Source: Hydrolagus affinis
Lineage: Eukaryota
Direction: 5' to 3'
NCBI GenBank assembly: GCA_012026655.1
Contig: JAAILG010001241.1
Coordinates: 1-64,000 of the forward strand
Length of the DNA stretch: 64,000 nucleotides
The notes under the pieces are model-generated. The model saw nothing but the letters and a program-made list of their open reading frames with translations. It was not told the DNA's origin and ran no database searches. Of this stretch, positions 50,856-63,388 are shown piece after piece (position 1 is the stretch's first letter; each line of letters opens with the position of its first letter). A program made the translations under genes and the position numbers.

Positions 50856-50939
50856 ATTCGCAGGGGCGTTTCCGTGACCTCTGTACCCTTTCCCCTCTCT
50901 CCGCTGCTCTCCTGTTCACAGGACTGCGGCAGATCCGTG
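50856..50939 (+). CDS. git1: GIT1 coding exon 17 (alternative in-frame donor after 50966)
   Basis: tgcag|ATTCGC...TCCGTG|gttaag; IRRGVSVTSVPFPLSPLLSCSQDCGRSV, similar to human IRKGVSASAVPFTPSSPLLSCSQEGSRH as recalled; the 3' boundary is uncertain. Confidence 0.88.
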
Positions 50940-53900
50940 GTTAAGTACCATCTCAGTTGGGCTCAAGTAAGATGGGGCAGATATTCCTTTTTATAACCTT
51001 TACTATTCTTCCTTCTCAAATGACGGGAGGCTCTTTTCTTGGAATGCCAAGTCACAGTACTGTATTTCAAAACCTAAATCAAGCCAATTGGTCTTTTTGC
51101 TTCAGGTCATTTAAGGATCTATTATTGTCTGCGATAATTTGCATTTTCTGCTTGTATGCTACGAGGAACTTGGTTGGCATGGAGGAATATAATCCAAGCT
51201 ATGCAATCTCTTGAATCAAAGATCTAATTTTCTGTCTGTTTTAACTTATCTGTAGCTTATTGAAGAAATTGCATTACCAGAAAACTAAGGTTTGGTGTCT
51301 TGTAGAATTTAGGTTTCTGATATTTTGTTGCAAGGAATATTTTAGTTTATTCATCTCTTCTGACACCTACATACATGCAATTACTGTCAAAAGAAGTGAC
51401 AGGATAATGAATGATCAGGAGTGCAAACCCTGTTTTACCTTGTTTTGGCTCTCTCTACCTAAATTGCTGCTCTGTGTGAGTTGACTAATTTGACAGACGA
51501 GGAACTGATTTTTGATTTTTTTCTAATATTTATGGCCTTTTAGTCAGTGCTTATCAGGAAAGTCATTTCTCTCCTCCTGTACATTTTAATAGGAAGTACA
51601 ATTATCTATTCTGAGATGAGCTCTAAAGACTGAAATCATTAGTTTAAATTTAACTTGAGCATTCCTAACGTTTGGATACAAGTGACCCGAGGAAAATGCT
51701 TTGAATGTCTAATGATAGTAATTGTAAGGTGCTTTGAAAAGGCTACAAATCGGATTCGGTGAATCAGGGAACAAGTAAATTGAAATTAGTTTCTGTGAGG
51801 CATTCCAAAACATGGGCCTTTGTTGCTAGGCAGCCCCGATCACTGGTGCACATCTAGCTTCTGGCTCTCCTCTCTAACATCTTTTGAATGGTATAATAGC
51901 TTTGAACGATAACATGGGCAGAAACGTGTTCTGTTTCCCAGTGAGGTCTTTGTTTTTTAAAAAAATTAACCCGTTAATTAGTACTTTCTTCCCATCTTTC
52001 ATGACTATATCATATTTGAAAAGAATTTCAAACATTTTAATCAGAAACAGGTTTTATAATATTAAAGAAAAGCAGCTAATAATTCCTGCCCAACTTAATA
52101 CCTAATGTGGACACTATTAGCCATATCTGAAGCTTGGTATTACCTGGAAATCTGGGGGGTTTTTTATAGTCAAATTTATGAATAGTCTTTAGGATGAGAA
52201 CAATGCGACTTGGTTGGACAAAATTAGTATGGGTTCAATTGTGGAGCAATTTTTTTTCCCTTCAAGAAGTCCAAGTTTAAACTCATATCAAACTATGGTA
52301 AACAATCATAGTTGAAAACTAAATTTAAAAAAAATTCTTGTACTAGTTTGTGTAGCTCTTTCATTCAACAAACTCTTATTTTATTTTGCATTCGCAAATG
52401 CTGGCTTATTGATGGTGACAGCAATGTTCCTATGGTGACGATGTAGTGCTCCTTTATAGCGCTCACAACCAGCTTGTTGCTTTTTGTTTTCTATTTACAG
52501 AAATTCCTGTGAATTCGCCGCAGAATTTTACAACATTTTACAAAAGCCAAATGAATGACCAGTAGCCAACATTTTAAAATTAGTGAAGCCTTTGTGTATT
52601 TCAGCAATTTTCTTTTACTTCAAACACCAGTGCTGAATTGCTAGCATGGTCCGAATTCTAGTCACTTATCTTGACTCAGAATAATTCTGTCCACAAATAA
52701 CATCACCAGGATAATCTGTGATTGATAAAATATGTGGGGAACTGTAGTGCAGAGAATATAATGCATGTAGGCAGGCAAATGATTCCGACGTCTGACAGTA
52801 GTGATAAAATCGGTTTTGTTCGGTCCGACAGTCCCAGCCAAGCTTGTGTGCTGGTTAGTTTTTTTGACTTCAAGAACCAGCCTTGTCTACATGATCTGTT
52901 GTTAAATTAGATGAATGTTAGAAATGCAATGGTGGCGGTTTCCTACTGCCTTTGTATCCTTTTTGTGGCATTACCTGACGAGTTTCCTTGCGGTACATGT
53001 ACCTGCTTGACATTAATCCTGCTAGTTTGATCAGCTCTCAGTAGGTTCAGAAATCTGGTGACTGGTTTACTTAATTGTTGCAATCCACACTCGATGTAAA
53101 TATAACATGTGAAGAAGCACTTAGCAAGTTGAGGAAAAATGAGATTGTTTGCTCTTGTTTTAAAGTTAAATCAATATTTTGTACATTACAGGGGACTGAA
53201 CCTTTTTATTGATTTGATTGTGGCGATCTACAATTGTTGTATGAAAAAATATTTTGCCTTTGATTGTTCGTCCTGAAAACATTGATGATAATTTTAGTCC
53301 TCCTAACACTCTAGGTGAAGGTGATGGGAAGTTATTTTCATGACGATTCTAAATGACTGAAAAGTCCAGTGTTTTACTTAAATGCACGGCAAGTCCATTT
53401 TTCAAGTGTATTCTACAGATTGGCCACATGTCCAGCTTTAAAATTCGTTTGTCAGCATTGTGCCTCGAGCATTTGAATACGCACCAGCTCTTTTAACTAC
53501 ACCAGGGAGTAGACTAACGCTTGGGGTTAATGTGCACAACAGCCATCTCGCCAGTATCTTAGCCTGTCACACCATGCACAATAAAGTGGAAATTGGACTG
53601 TAAAGTGTGTAATTTTGTTCCCATTATGTTGAGAATTCTAACCATCAAATTTGTTGGTGTTTTTTTATTTTTAAAAAAACTTTTGTCTGACTGCTGGTCC
53701 AGGTGGATGCGCCGGGTATGAGATTTGCATATTAAAGAAACACTCATTTTAGGTTTTGCAATTGTTTTTCTTAAAAAAAAAGTCTTATTGAAAAATGTTG
53801 GTGGGTGATGACGTGATTAGGTATGGCACACACTTGATTCTTTTTATTAGGTTTATCTAATTTCATGAAAGTAAGCAGCATATTAAAGCAACATGCTTTT

Positions 53901-54834
53901 ATGGGATAATATAAATTAACTATAAATATAGTTAATATAAATTAATTATAAATTAACTCTGCAAGAATTACTCCAGGACATCTTCCCTAAGAAGAGCATT
54001 TATTTTATCAGCATTGCACAATAAGCAGATGTACTTTCCTGTGTTTTGATACTCCAGAGATGAAAGTGGTACCAGTATCCAACACTGATGCATTGAAAGC
54101 TTCATAGATTAAGGGCTTTCTCAGATGTTATCTATATACCCAGGTTCTAGCCTGTGGTATTTTTGGAAGAATATCTTGTACAACTTACACAGATCTTGTG
54201 TATTTTTTTTAGTTGCATTGTTCACTGTCTTTTGAAGATAAATGGAAAAGCTTGTTAGATGGCTATGCCTTTGTAAAACTTTTACCAGGGACAATCTGTA
54301 GTCCCCAGGCTTTATAATTGAAGCTGATCCGATGTTCAGACCCGAGTACTGTTTTCTTTTGTTTCAACCTGCTTTGCATTAGCATTCACTCTTTTAATAT
54401 GGTATAACTGTGACCAGGTACAATGGATACCAATTTGTTTTTAGTCCTGTACTTAGTGGTTAACCACATGACAGTGTTCATCGTTTATAGATTGCACAGG
54501 ATCTGAATAATCAAGCAGCTGTTTTGTGTGGCATCAATTGAGCGGGCAGAATAAATCCAGATAGTGCATTCTCACGTCTCTTAAAGTGGACATGGTATCA
54601 CATCCACCATTTAAAAGGCAATACATTATTAGCTGTCATATGAGCTTCGCTTTAATCTAATATCTCGGGTGCAGACTCACCGAGCTTGTTTTTCTTAAAT
54701 AATCACGGTTAGGGGTGGTCCAACTGATGGCCCATGGGACGGTTTAAACCCCTTCCCCACCTATCCATTTCACCTGGCCTACCTAGTCCCTCCATAACCA
54801 GAAAGTGTTATGTTTCTGGAAGGGAACCACAAAA

Positions 54835-55465
54835 ATAAGAACATAAGAATTAGGAGCAGGAATAGGCCATTCAGCCCCTCGAGCCTCCCCCGCCATTCAA
54901 TAAGATCATGGTTGATCTTCTAATCTAACTCACACCTACCCGCCTTTTCCCCATATCCCTTAATCCTTTTATCCCTTTATCCATAAGAAATCTGTCAATT
55001 TCAGTCGTGAATATGTTGAAGGACTGAATATGAGCAGCCTTTTCGGGTAGAGAATTCCATAAATTCACTACCCTTTGAGTGAAGAAGTTTTGCCTCAACT
55101 CAGTGCGAAAAGGCTGACCCCTAATCTTAAGACTATGACCCCTAGTTATAGTTTGTCGAACCAGGGGAAATAGTCTCCCACTATCTATTCTGTCATGCCA
55201 CTTTAATAATCTCATAGATTTCTATAAAATCACCTCTAATTCTTTCTATATAGAGAATATAGATTACTCAACCTATCCTTATGGCTCAATCCTCTCATCC
55301 TAGGAACCAACCTCGTGAATCTACGCTTTACCCCTCTAAGGCGAGTCCTTTCTTAAATAAAGAGACCAAAACTGCACACAATACTCTAGGTGTGGTCTCA
55401 CCAAGGCCCTATATATTTGCAGCAAGACTTCCCTACTATTATATTCTAACCCTTTTGTAATGAAC
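54835..55465 (-). mobile_element. CR1 LINE 3' end (ORF2 C-terminus plus 3' UTR)
   Basis: ORF 54925-55215 reads RLFPLV...TRGHSLKIRGQPFRTELRQNFFTQRVVNLWNSLP, a CR1 hallmark; tail ...cctattcctgctcctaattcttatgttcttat. Confidence 0.92.
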
Positions 55466-55469
55466 GCTT

Positions 55470-55630
55470 GGAGGTGACAAACACATGTGTAAGGGTTTCA
55501 GCAGCCTGTGGGGTGAGGTAGTGATGGAGATTAGGTGATGTTGCGGAGGTGGTGGCAGGTAGTGCTGGTCATGGCATGGATATGGGGGAGAAAGGACCAA
55601 ACAAGATACCCAGGTTCCTGACTGGCTTGG
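55470..55630 (-). mobile_element. L2 LINE ORF2 internal fragment
   Basis: ttggaggtgacaaacacatgtgtaagggtttcagc...gatgttgcggaggtgg is the reverse complement of an HLRNI...AETLTHVFVTS-type motif. Confidence 0.65.
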
Positions 55631-56103
55631 TTAGGTTTTTCAATTAGAAGTTAGACATTTTTCAAATAGGGTTACTGTCCCTCAACAGTCAAAATGTTGG
55701 AATACCCTGATCCTGGTGATTATTGGGGTGCAAAATTGTAGATTGCCACAATCAAATTGTTCTTCCCTTTTTCCTCTCCCCACACTCCACCAGTATTTTA
55801 AGTACTTGGAATGTTTGATTACTTTGACCCACAAAATGTATTTACTGCTTAACCTCAGCTTTTAATGCCTGAACGTTTTCAAAGTTCCACATCAAGCTTA
55901 ATGTTTACACTACTTGAAAGTTGAATTTGCTTGATAATTAATGACTGGTGCCCATTAATTCAATTTTTCTTGGAACTTTGTTTTGTTGTGAGAATTTAAA
56001 GTGACTGAACTGTTGAACTGACTATGATATTCTCGCAATGATTTACACTGAAAATGCTGAACGGGGTCCTTTGCAAGACCTGACGTGTTGTTTTCGATTG
56101 CAG

Positions 56104-56180
56104 GTGTCCAGATTGGACAAACGCGTCAGTGGAACAGACAGCGACTATGACAATACTCAAACTAATGAGTTGCCACTTGG
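56104..56180 (+). CDS. git1: GIT1 coding exon 18 (SDYDNT motif)
   Basis: tgcag|GTG...CTTGG|gtgagg; 77 nt; VSRLDKRVSGTDSDYDNTQTNELPL(G). Confidence 0.94.
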
Positions 56181-56692
56181 GTGAGGAGCTTTTGATTGAT
56201 TCTGATGCCTTGTTGAGTTCCAGCCAGATTTCTACCCTTATCTGTATTCCCGGGTCACGTAGACATGATTTGAAATACTTCTTTCAGGTTGTCATCTTAA
56301 GTATTAGCACTGATAATGCTAAGGCTTGACTTCCAATCATGTCAGGAAGCGCTGATGTTCAAATGATTTAATAATGTAAGATTGAACTTTTTTTGATTAT
56401 TTCCTTTCACACTACGCTACACCTTCTCTCTTTGTTCCCCGTCTCTCTCTGGATCAAGGCAATTACTCCTGTTGAGTTTTGTTAAACCTTTCACCCAATG
56501 CCGATTCGAGTGTAAACCCAGAGATTGAGTGTCAGCAGGCTATTCAACTGTGAGAGGTTCACGACTGAGATTAATCTAGTTTCTCACACTTTCCGGGCAT
56601 GTGGCTGGATAGCAATTGGGAGCAGTGACCCAGGCTTGTTCTCTGAATGTTTGAAGTTTAAATGGGTGCTTATTAGATTGGACTTAATGATA

Positions 56693-56784
56693 GTAATAAT
56701 CCTTGCACTTGATATAGCATTGAGGTGTCTCAAAGGTCTTTGCAGGATATGCTGTAAAGTGCAGTGACTATTTTGTAGGCAAAA
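56693..56784 (-). mobile_element. SINE 3' tail fragment
   Basis: taataatccttgcacttgatatagc...gtctcaaagg...ctgtaaagtg. Confidence 0.7.
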
Positions 56785-57480
56785 CTTTCATTGGGTGTGT
56801 ACTGTTTAAATGGTCTATTTGCATCTGGCTGATATCACCATTTCTGGCAGGTTAAGCAGTGCCCTTCCTGCTGTTAACCAACTTGTTATAGCAGATGCTT
56901 GACTCACGAGGACTTGATATTTACACAATTCAAATTTGTTCCCGCAAACAATAATTGGCACGGCCAAACAAGCTGTGCACACCAAAAACCTCAGAACCTG
57001 TTGTTAGGCTGCTGCTCTGTTTTTAAAATAAAACATACATCCCTTAAATTTGCATTGAAGTGCAAAATAATTTATTATTTTCTGGAAATTCTAGCATCAA
57101 CCAGGTCCAGACTGATGGAGGCAAGTATGAGTTTCTCAATTCCAGATGAACATCACATTTTTGAAGCTTCTTAATCCAAAGTGAAGTGTCTTTAAAATCT
57201 CTGGTCGATGACATCTGCTCCTGTATGTACTCACTCACCAACAGCTTGCAATCACTACCCATTAAATGCTACCACCTAGGCCTGTTGGATTCAGATGACT
57301 TTGTCATTCATCGTGTGATCTGAACTCCGCAATCTAATTGCAGCCTTGTAACACACTCCCAGGCATCTGATATTCTGAATGCACGCGGTGATGTGCTGAA
57401 ATCTCACAGTAAGGCTATGTTTCAGTTGGCGTCCAGTGTATCGTGTTTGCGGATAACATCTCTTCTCCTCTGCTTAATAG

Positions 57481-57654
57481 CATCGCTGATGGGAGGATGG
57501 GCCGCGAGGATGAACTCCATCTTGAGTTTGATGATCTGGAGGGGGAATTGGATTCAAGCCTTCCCAGTACTGAGGATGTGATCCTTAAAACAGAACAGGT
57601 CACCAAAAACATCCAGGAACTTCTGCGCTCAGCACAGGAGTGCAAGCATGAAAG
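57481..57654 (+). CDS. git1: GIT1 coding exon 19 (start of paxillin-binding domain)
   Basis: taatag|CATC...GAAAG|gttagc; 174 nt; IADGRMGREDELHLEFDDLEGELDSSLPSTEDVILKTEQVTKNIQELLRSAQECKHE(S). Confidence 0.95.
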
Positions 57655-58041
57655 GTTAGCATCAGTGCAACAACAACTTGCATTATATATTGCCCTTCAT
57701 ATAGGGTAGCGTCACAGAGCCTATGAGTGAGATAACTTCCATGTGTAGATGGGATGCATGGAATTCTTAGTTTGGTTTGGATACTCTTTAGCACAGTGAT
57801 TGAGTTTCCCCATACATCGGACATCCGGCTATTCAAAAAAAAAAAAGAAATCTATAATGTATAGGGAGCCAATGGTTCGTGTAAATAATTCGTATATTTG
57901 TAGCTTCAAAAATAAAGTGATTGTTTTCATTTACAGTTGGGAGGCCTTGTGTTTAGTAAATGGGTTTCCCAATCAATGGTGTAATGCTGCCTAGCTTTTG
58001 CAGGTGTAAATCCAAGACAAATTCTAATGTTTTGTTCACAG

Positions 58042-58105
58042 CTTTGTGCCGTGCTCTGAAAAGATCTATTCCGCAGTCACCGAAATGGCTTCTCTTTTTC
58101 CGAAG
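58042..58105 (+). CDS. git1: GIT1 coding exon 20
   Basis: cacag|CTTT...CCGAAG|gtaaac; 64 nt; FVPCSEKIYSAVTEMASLFPK. Confidence 0.97.
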
Positions 58106-58498
58106 GTAAACGTTCATTTTAAAGTCTCGCCAACTGTTTCTCACTTTATCAAACAAAAAATACAATTGCACACACACATCCCAGTTACCTCTTTGCTGGA
58201 TGCAAACGAACAGTTTTACATGCTTTTACCGATCCACTTTTACTTTACATGAAGTTGCTTTCATCGGTTAAAATTTCATCACAGATCACACAAAAGAAGA
58301 ATTTCACTTGCCACAGATCTCTCATCGACCATTAAGGTTTCAACTGTATTTGATCTCTTGTTTGAATTAGAACATTACTGTTAATTTCATCATAATTTTT
58401 TTTTTTAAAACAAGGTTTTTGTCTAAAACAAAGCTTTATGTACTTGTAGCCTGAATTCTGTAGATGTTTTTTGTTGACTTGTATCTGCTTCTTGTCAG

Positions 58499-58711
58499 AA
58501 ACCTACGCTGGAAACAGTTCGGAGCTCTTTAAGATTGCTCAACGCGAGTGCCTTCCGACTGCAGTGTGAGTGCAGGAAGACTATCCCTCCAGAGCCAGGG
58601 GCACCCGTTGACATTCAGTTGCTCACGCAACAAGTAATCCAGTGTGCCTACGACATCGCCAAGGCAGCCAAGCAACTGGTTACCATAACTACCCGCGAGA
58701 AAAAGCAATGA
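58499..58711 (+). CDS. git1: GIT1 terminal coding exon 21
   Basis: gtcag|AAACCT...AAGCAATGA; 213 nt; KPTLETVRSSLRLLNASAFRLQCECRKTIPPEPGAPVDIQLLTQQVIQCAYDIAKAAKQLVTITTREKKQ*. Confidence 0.98.
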   Translation, partial: KPTLETVRSSLRLLNASAFRLQCECRKTIPPEPGAPVDIQLLTQQVIQCAYDIAKAAKQLVTITTREKKQ

Positions 58712-61700
58712 CGCTAAACCTCTGCCTCAATCTCTCCGAGTAGATTTGGGAGGCACGTCTTTCTTTGAAAGCAGACTGAAATCCCTGTACATATTTCTGA
58801 TTTCAAGTATTGTGGATTTCTCTTTTTTTGTCTCTCCCTCACCCCCCCCTACCCACCCCTCTCCCTCCCTGCCCCATGTAAGAATTTCACCTTCAATCAT
58901 AGATGCGAGCTTTTGGAAAGCGTAGGCTTCCAATAATGTGCTGAAATCGCCTTTAAAGGTTAAAGGAATTACCGCAACTATGTAATGACGAGGGTGAAAA
59001 TGTGTCTTGGTCAGAGCCAATGACCTTTGACTTGACATTTTGATGAGATGTAAATATTTATTCTGAACGATCAGGGTCTTGTTACACTGGAATTCTAGAC
59101 ACTTCTAGCTGACTGTAAACCACAGCTGTGTATTTGCAAATGTACTAAGTGCTACATTATCGGTGGATTCTATGGTGCAAAAACGTTCAGTGAAACAAAG
59201 GCTTGTGTATCCACTAAATGGTAAGCCACAGCTTGCAAATCGAAAATCGTTTAGGAAAGGATTACTTAAATCACTCTGGATTCATTTTGACATTACCTGA
59301 GGCTGAAGGCCAATTGATGTTCTGGAGGACCATTAGTAAAATATACTTAAGTAAGGGGGTGCCTGTTTTGTATAAATACCATTTGAACCTATGACTATAA
59401 ACTGGCAGCCATCAGCACCATTACATCTTTGTGTACTGTATGCCTTACACAAACAGTTGGATCTTGTTTTTGAATGTTTCTCCTCCGAGCAATCTAGTCT
59501 TCAAATTTTGCTCCATTCATGGCAGTTTTCCTCCCACTGACCAGCTCAAAGGCCGGACACACTTCTGGGGACTGTAAACATGTTCTTTGATTAACAGCTG
59601 CTCATTCCAGCGACTGCCATGAGCTGAAAACACTAGCTGAACTTTGCAAAAGTTCATATGAAACGTCTCCCAGTGAAAAAATATATAATAATTGAACACT
59701 GCTCAATTCAATAATAAGTTCAGGACATTATTCTTAAAGAGATCCAAGGGCTGGAGTCGGAGACCAATATTTTCTTTTGATGTTTTTTTTTGGGGAGGGA
59801 AAAATTACTGACAGGTTCTTGGAACCTGCTGTAGAAGTTGTGTGTGAGCCAATGCTTTTTTGCTGCTTTACGACCAAGTGCTTTTCTGGGAACAGACGGA
59901 ACATTTTCAGTCTGCAGGATACACCTTAAGGTAGATTCGTCCTCAGATGGCACTTGTTTGGTTACTGAGTTGTGCAGAGAGTCCATCACTATGTCGGCCT
60001 CTTTAAACTCATCATGGGTGACTTGAGCGATGAATTGTATCCGTAACTATTTCTCATTGTTGTGATTGGAGCATTGTTTCATTCTTTTTGGGGGTGGTGT
60101 GTGGGGGGGTGGAGGGGAAACCAAGGAAGGCCCATAATTTCATGACCTAACACGCACAATTCCATTCAAGTGGGGCAAACCTTCTAAGTTAATCCCAAAC
60201 CTTTTACGTTAATGCCTTGCTTTAGCTTGACCTTTAATGAACACTGACGCTCAACACTACAGAGTGGCCATAGAAGGTTTTATTTATCTGAATTACCTTG
60301 GACAATGCCAGTTTGTGAAATGCTATTTTAAAAACTTTCCAGCACCTTTCTAATTAATTGTTTGCAAATGTAGACCATAAAATACAGAGCTTTTTGAGGT
60401 GGTGGCAGGCAAATATCTGTGTAAAAATAATAATTTGGTTGAAATCACTTTGGAAATGGCAAGCAATTGGCAGGAATTTAGATTCTGCAGGCGTTATAAA
60501 TGACACAAATTGATTTTTATTAAAGGGGATTTTCACTTAATAGGTTTAAGGAACATGGAACTATAAGGCTTTGGATAAATAAGATTCTTCTGTGGTAGAA
60601 TGAACCCAAGCATTTTTTTTCTAGCCTTAAATTACACCTCAGGCATTCAGTATGAGCTACTGCTTTGTCTCAGCAAATTTCTATGTACAGTTCAATAATG
60701 TTAAACATAAGTTATCTGTAAAAAACAAGTTAATTATGTAAGTAGAATAACCCATACACTACATGACTGCATTAGGCAGATTCCGTTGCTGAATTGAGCC
60801 GTGTGAAAAGCAAACCAACCTGTTGGACTAATATGAAAGTATTGTGAAACCTCAATTTTTCTTCTGATAAACGTATTTGACATCTGAAGAAATGTCTCAT
60901 TTTTACAGGCCACAGTGCCAGAAAATGATACTGATTGTGTAACAAAGGGATTCTGAATGTGTGATTTTTTTTAATGGATTCAGTGAAATGCAAAAGGAAC
61001 GCTGCAGTAAACCTGGCTCTGACTGGAAGACAAACTGCTCATTCCCCAAAGTTGTTTTGAGGGTACGACTATCAGTGTGCAATAGAGTGAAAGGGAATTA
61101 AGTTTTACTATCTCAAGTGTCTGAAGTTAAGTGGACCCAATCTTCTGCTTGTAAAATTTTCATACTGCAATGTCAATTTAGATTGTGACCCTGGGCAACT
61201 ATAAAGGAGGATTCTGAATGCCTATTAAAATCCATGATGAATGGCTTGTTGCCTTTTGTTGCTTTGCTTGAAATCTGCTGTGATGTTGGAAGGTTCATCA
61301 TGGGCAGTAGTGAACGGACAAACTGCAAAGACCATTTCATAAGTGCACAGCCTGCAATATCATGGGTTTGTGATGGAGTTCTTATGGCCTTCCTTCTCAT
61401 TTCTGCCCAAGTTAAACCTTTTTGGAATGTACTTTAGTCACAGTGCAGCATAGAAAAGAGCCATAGTACAATGCCTTCACTCGTGTTATTAATTATCAAG
61501 CTTGTTTACCATAGAACTCATAATCTATTCCAAAACTGGTCTTCAATATTTAGAATCCCTTAACCATTGTTTTTTTTAAAAAAAAACTGGACACCCTTGG
61601 GTACATAATCAATATGCTTGGACAGTTATCTTGAACGATTAAGCAGATTCATTAAGTGTTTGATAAGCACTAACGTTATCCTAGTTCCATCCCCCCACCC

Positions 61701-62913
61701 AAGTTATCTCTTTCCAATGCAAGACTCACTGCCACCGCCCTAGAGAATGGTGCCTTCTTGACAATGCAGATTTAATCCACTATTTTGCCTTTAGATTGGA
61801 ACACAAAGTGAGCCTGCATGCAATTGTCTCTTTCACACTGAAAAGTTTGGCAAGCAAACTATACTAACACAATACCGATGGCTCACTTTAGACTGAGCAG
61901 TACTGATTTGTCTTTTTTCCCCAAAAAATCTTGTTTTATCTGACCATAAACTTGAAAGATGTTGAAGTATATTTTCATCCAAATCTGTTCCTCCCATTAT
62001 TTTGTACAGTGGGTGTCTTGCATTCCTTTCCTTTTTGACGGCCTCTTTAGCACCGGCTGCAGTGAAATAAGCACTTTGTCACCCTCAACGTAAGTAAGTG
62101 CACACAGACTGTTAACTAACCTAGAAATGTTTACCGTGCTGGATTGTGTTGCAGTAAATATCCAACCTGCCAGCCAATGTAATTGATGGCTTGAATTTAC
62201 TAAGACTTGGGAGTGACGATACTGGAGTAGATATAACATGGTTTGGAGGTGGTTTTGAATGCTGATAGGTGAAAATTCAACTTGCAAGTCTGTATAGTCA
62301 ACCAAGAAGGTTTAAAAGCAGCACAATTGAGGTCCAGGTATTGATTGGTAACCTGTGCAAACTGCTCGAGCTTTGCGTGTACGAATCTTTAAGCTTCCAA
62401 CAATATTGCTGCCTTGTAATTCCCCTCCTCCCAATTCCTGATCCGATCGGATTGTAAATCAGATTTAGTCGTCTTCTGGCAAAGATTGGGTCTTTAAAGT
62501 TTTTAAAAGTCTCTGGGTAATCCAACTCAAGTGAACCCAATTTATTGTTGCAGTCATAAGAGGCAATTTGTCAAAGGAGGTCATTGATCCCATAAAATCA
62601 GAAATGCACCATAGGGAATATATACATGCTGTATGTATTGAACCATGTTAGAGACTGTTCCAAGTAAAGATTTGACTATATTCCATCTTTTCAGTGCTCA
62701 ACACTTAATTTTGTGTAGCAATATCTCTGTAACCTTCTGTAAATTTGCTAGAGAAAAATCTCGGGTGACCAGTGCAGAGGATATGCCTTTGGCCCATTTT
62801 TACATTCACCGTAACTCAACTCTGGTTTAACTTGTCACTGCCACTTAAGTAAGTCATGTTGTCAATATCCCTGCCACATTTATTTATGTAGTTACACATA
62901 TGCCTAACTCGCC

Positions 62914-62974
62914 ACTCCTGATAACTCGTCATCGAGCACTTTCTCCCCCCTTGGGGTGATGAGTTATCAGGAGT
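62914..62974 (+). repeat. 20-bp inverted repeat / RNA hairpin in the 3' UTR
   Basis: actcctgataactcgtcatc (62914-62933) pairs with ggtgatgagttatcaggagt (62955-62974): 18 Watson-Crick pairs and 2 G-U pairs. Confidence 0.9.
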
Positions 62975-63382
62975 TAGCCGTGTATATATATTTTCCAAAT
63001 TATATCAGGTAATCTCTGGATTCAGAAACTTCAGCCTTGTACTCATTTCTCTCTCCATCTCTTTTCTCTTTCCCCCCTCCCCTCCCCTGATATTTTGTTC
63101 TCTATAATTCCATACTAAATCCTAATGTGTGGTATAAAATATTTCCCTCCTTTTAAAACAATGGGTGTCAACGTCTAGTATTTCAAACCAATGGTATTAA
63201 GCATGCACTTTTGGGTTATTGAGTGCGAAAATAGTTAACCAGCTCAGTCACTGTTGTATCTATTGTACAATGAATGCTAGTTGTAACTAACTCCATTTTA
63301 GAAACGCACTCTATTGTAGTTGGTAGTGGAACTGTGGTGGTGGGTTCCCCTGTAAACTCATCTTATTGTACATTTGTATTGA

Positions 63383-63388
63383 AATAAA
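63383..63388 (+). terminator. Polyadenylation signal AATAAA
   Basis: Preceded by TGTA motifs (ttgtacatttgtattg, CFIm-type) and followed by GU/U-rich sequence; a second AATAAA lies at 63943-63948. Confidence 0.65.

Noticed and set aside
14464-58711. Assignment to GIT2
   Set aside because: The C-terminus TREKKQ, the RQKCM microexon, RRDRQAFSMYE and ERSAVPF match GIT1 as recalled, although a few structural traits are GIT2-like.
62914-62974. SECIS element interpretation of the 3' UTR hairpin
   Set aside because: There is no AUGA/GA kink-turn core with an apical AA, and the GIT1 ORF has no internal in-frame UGA.
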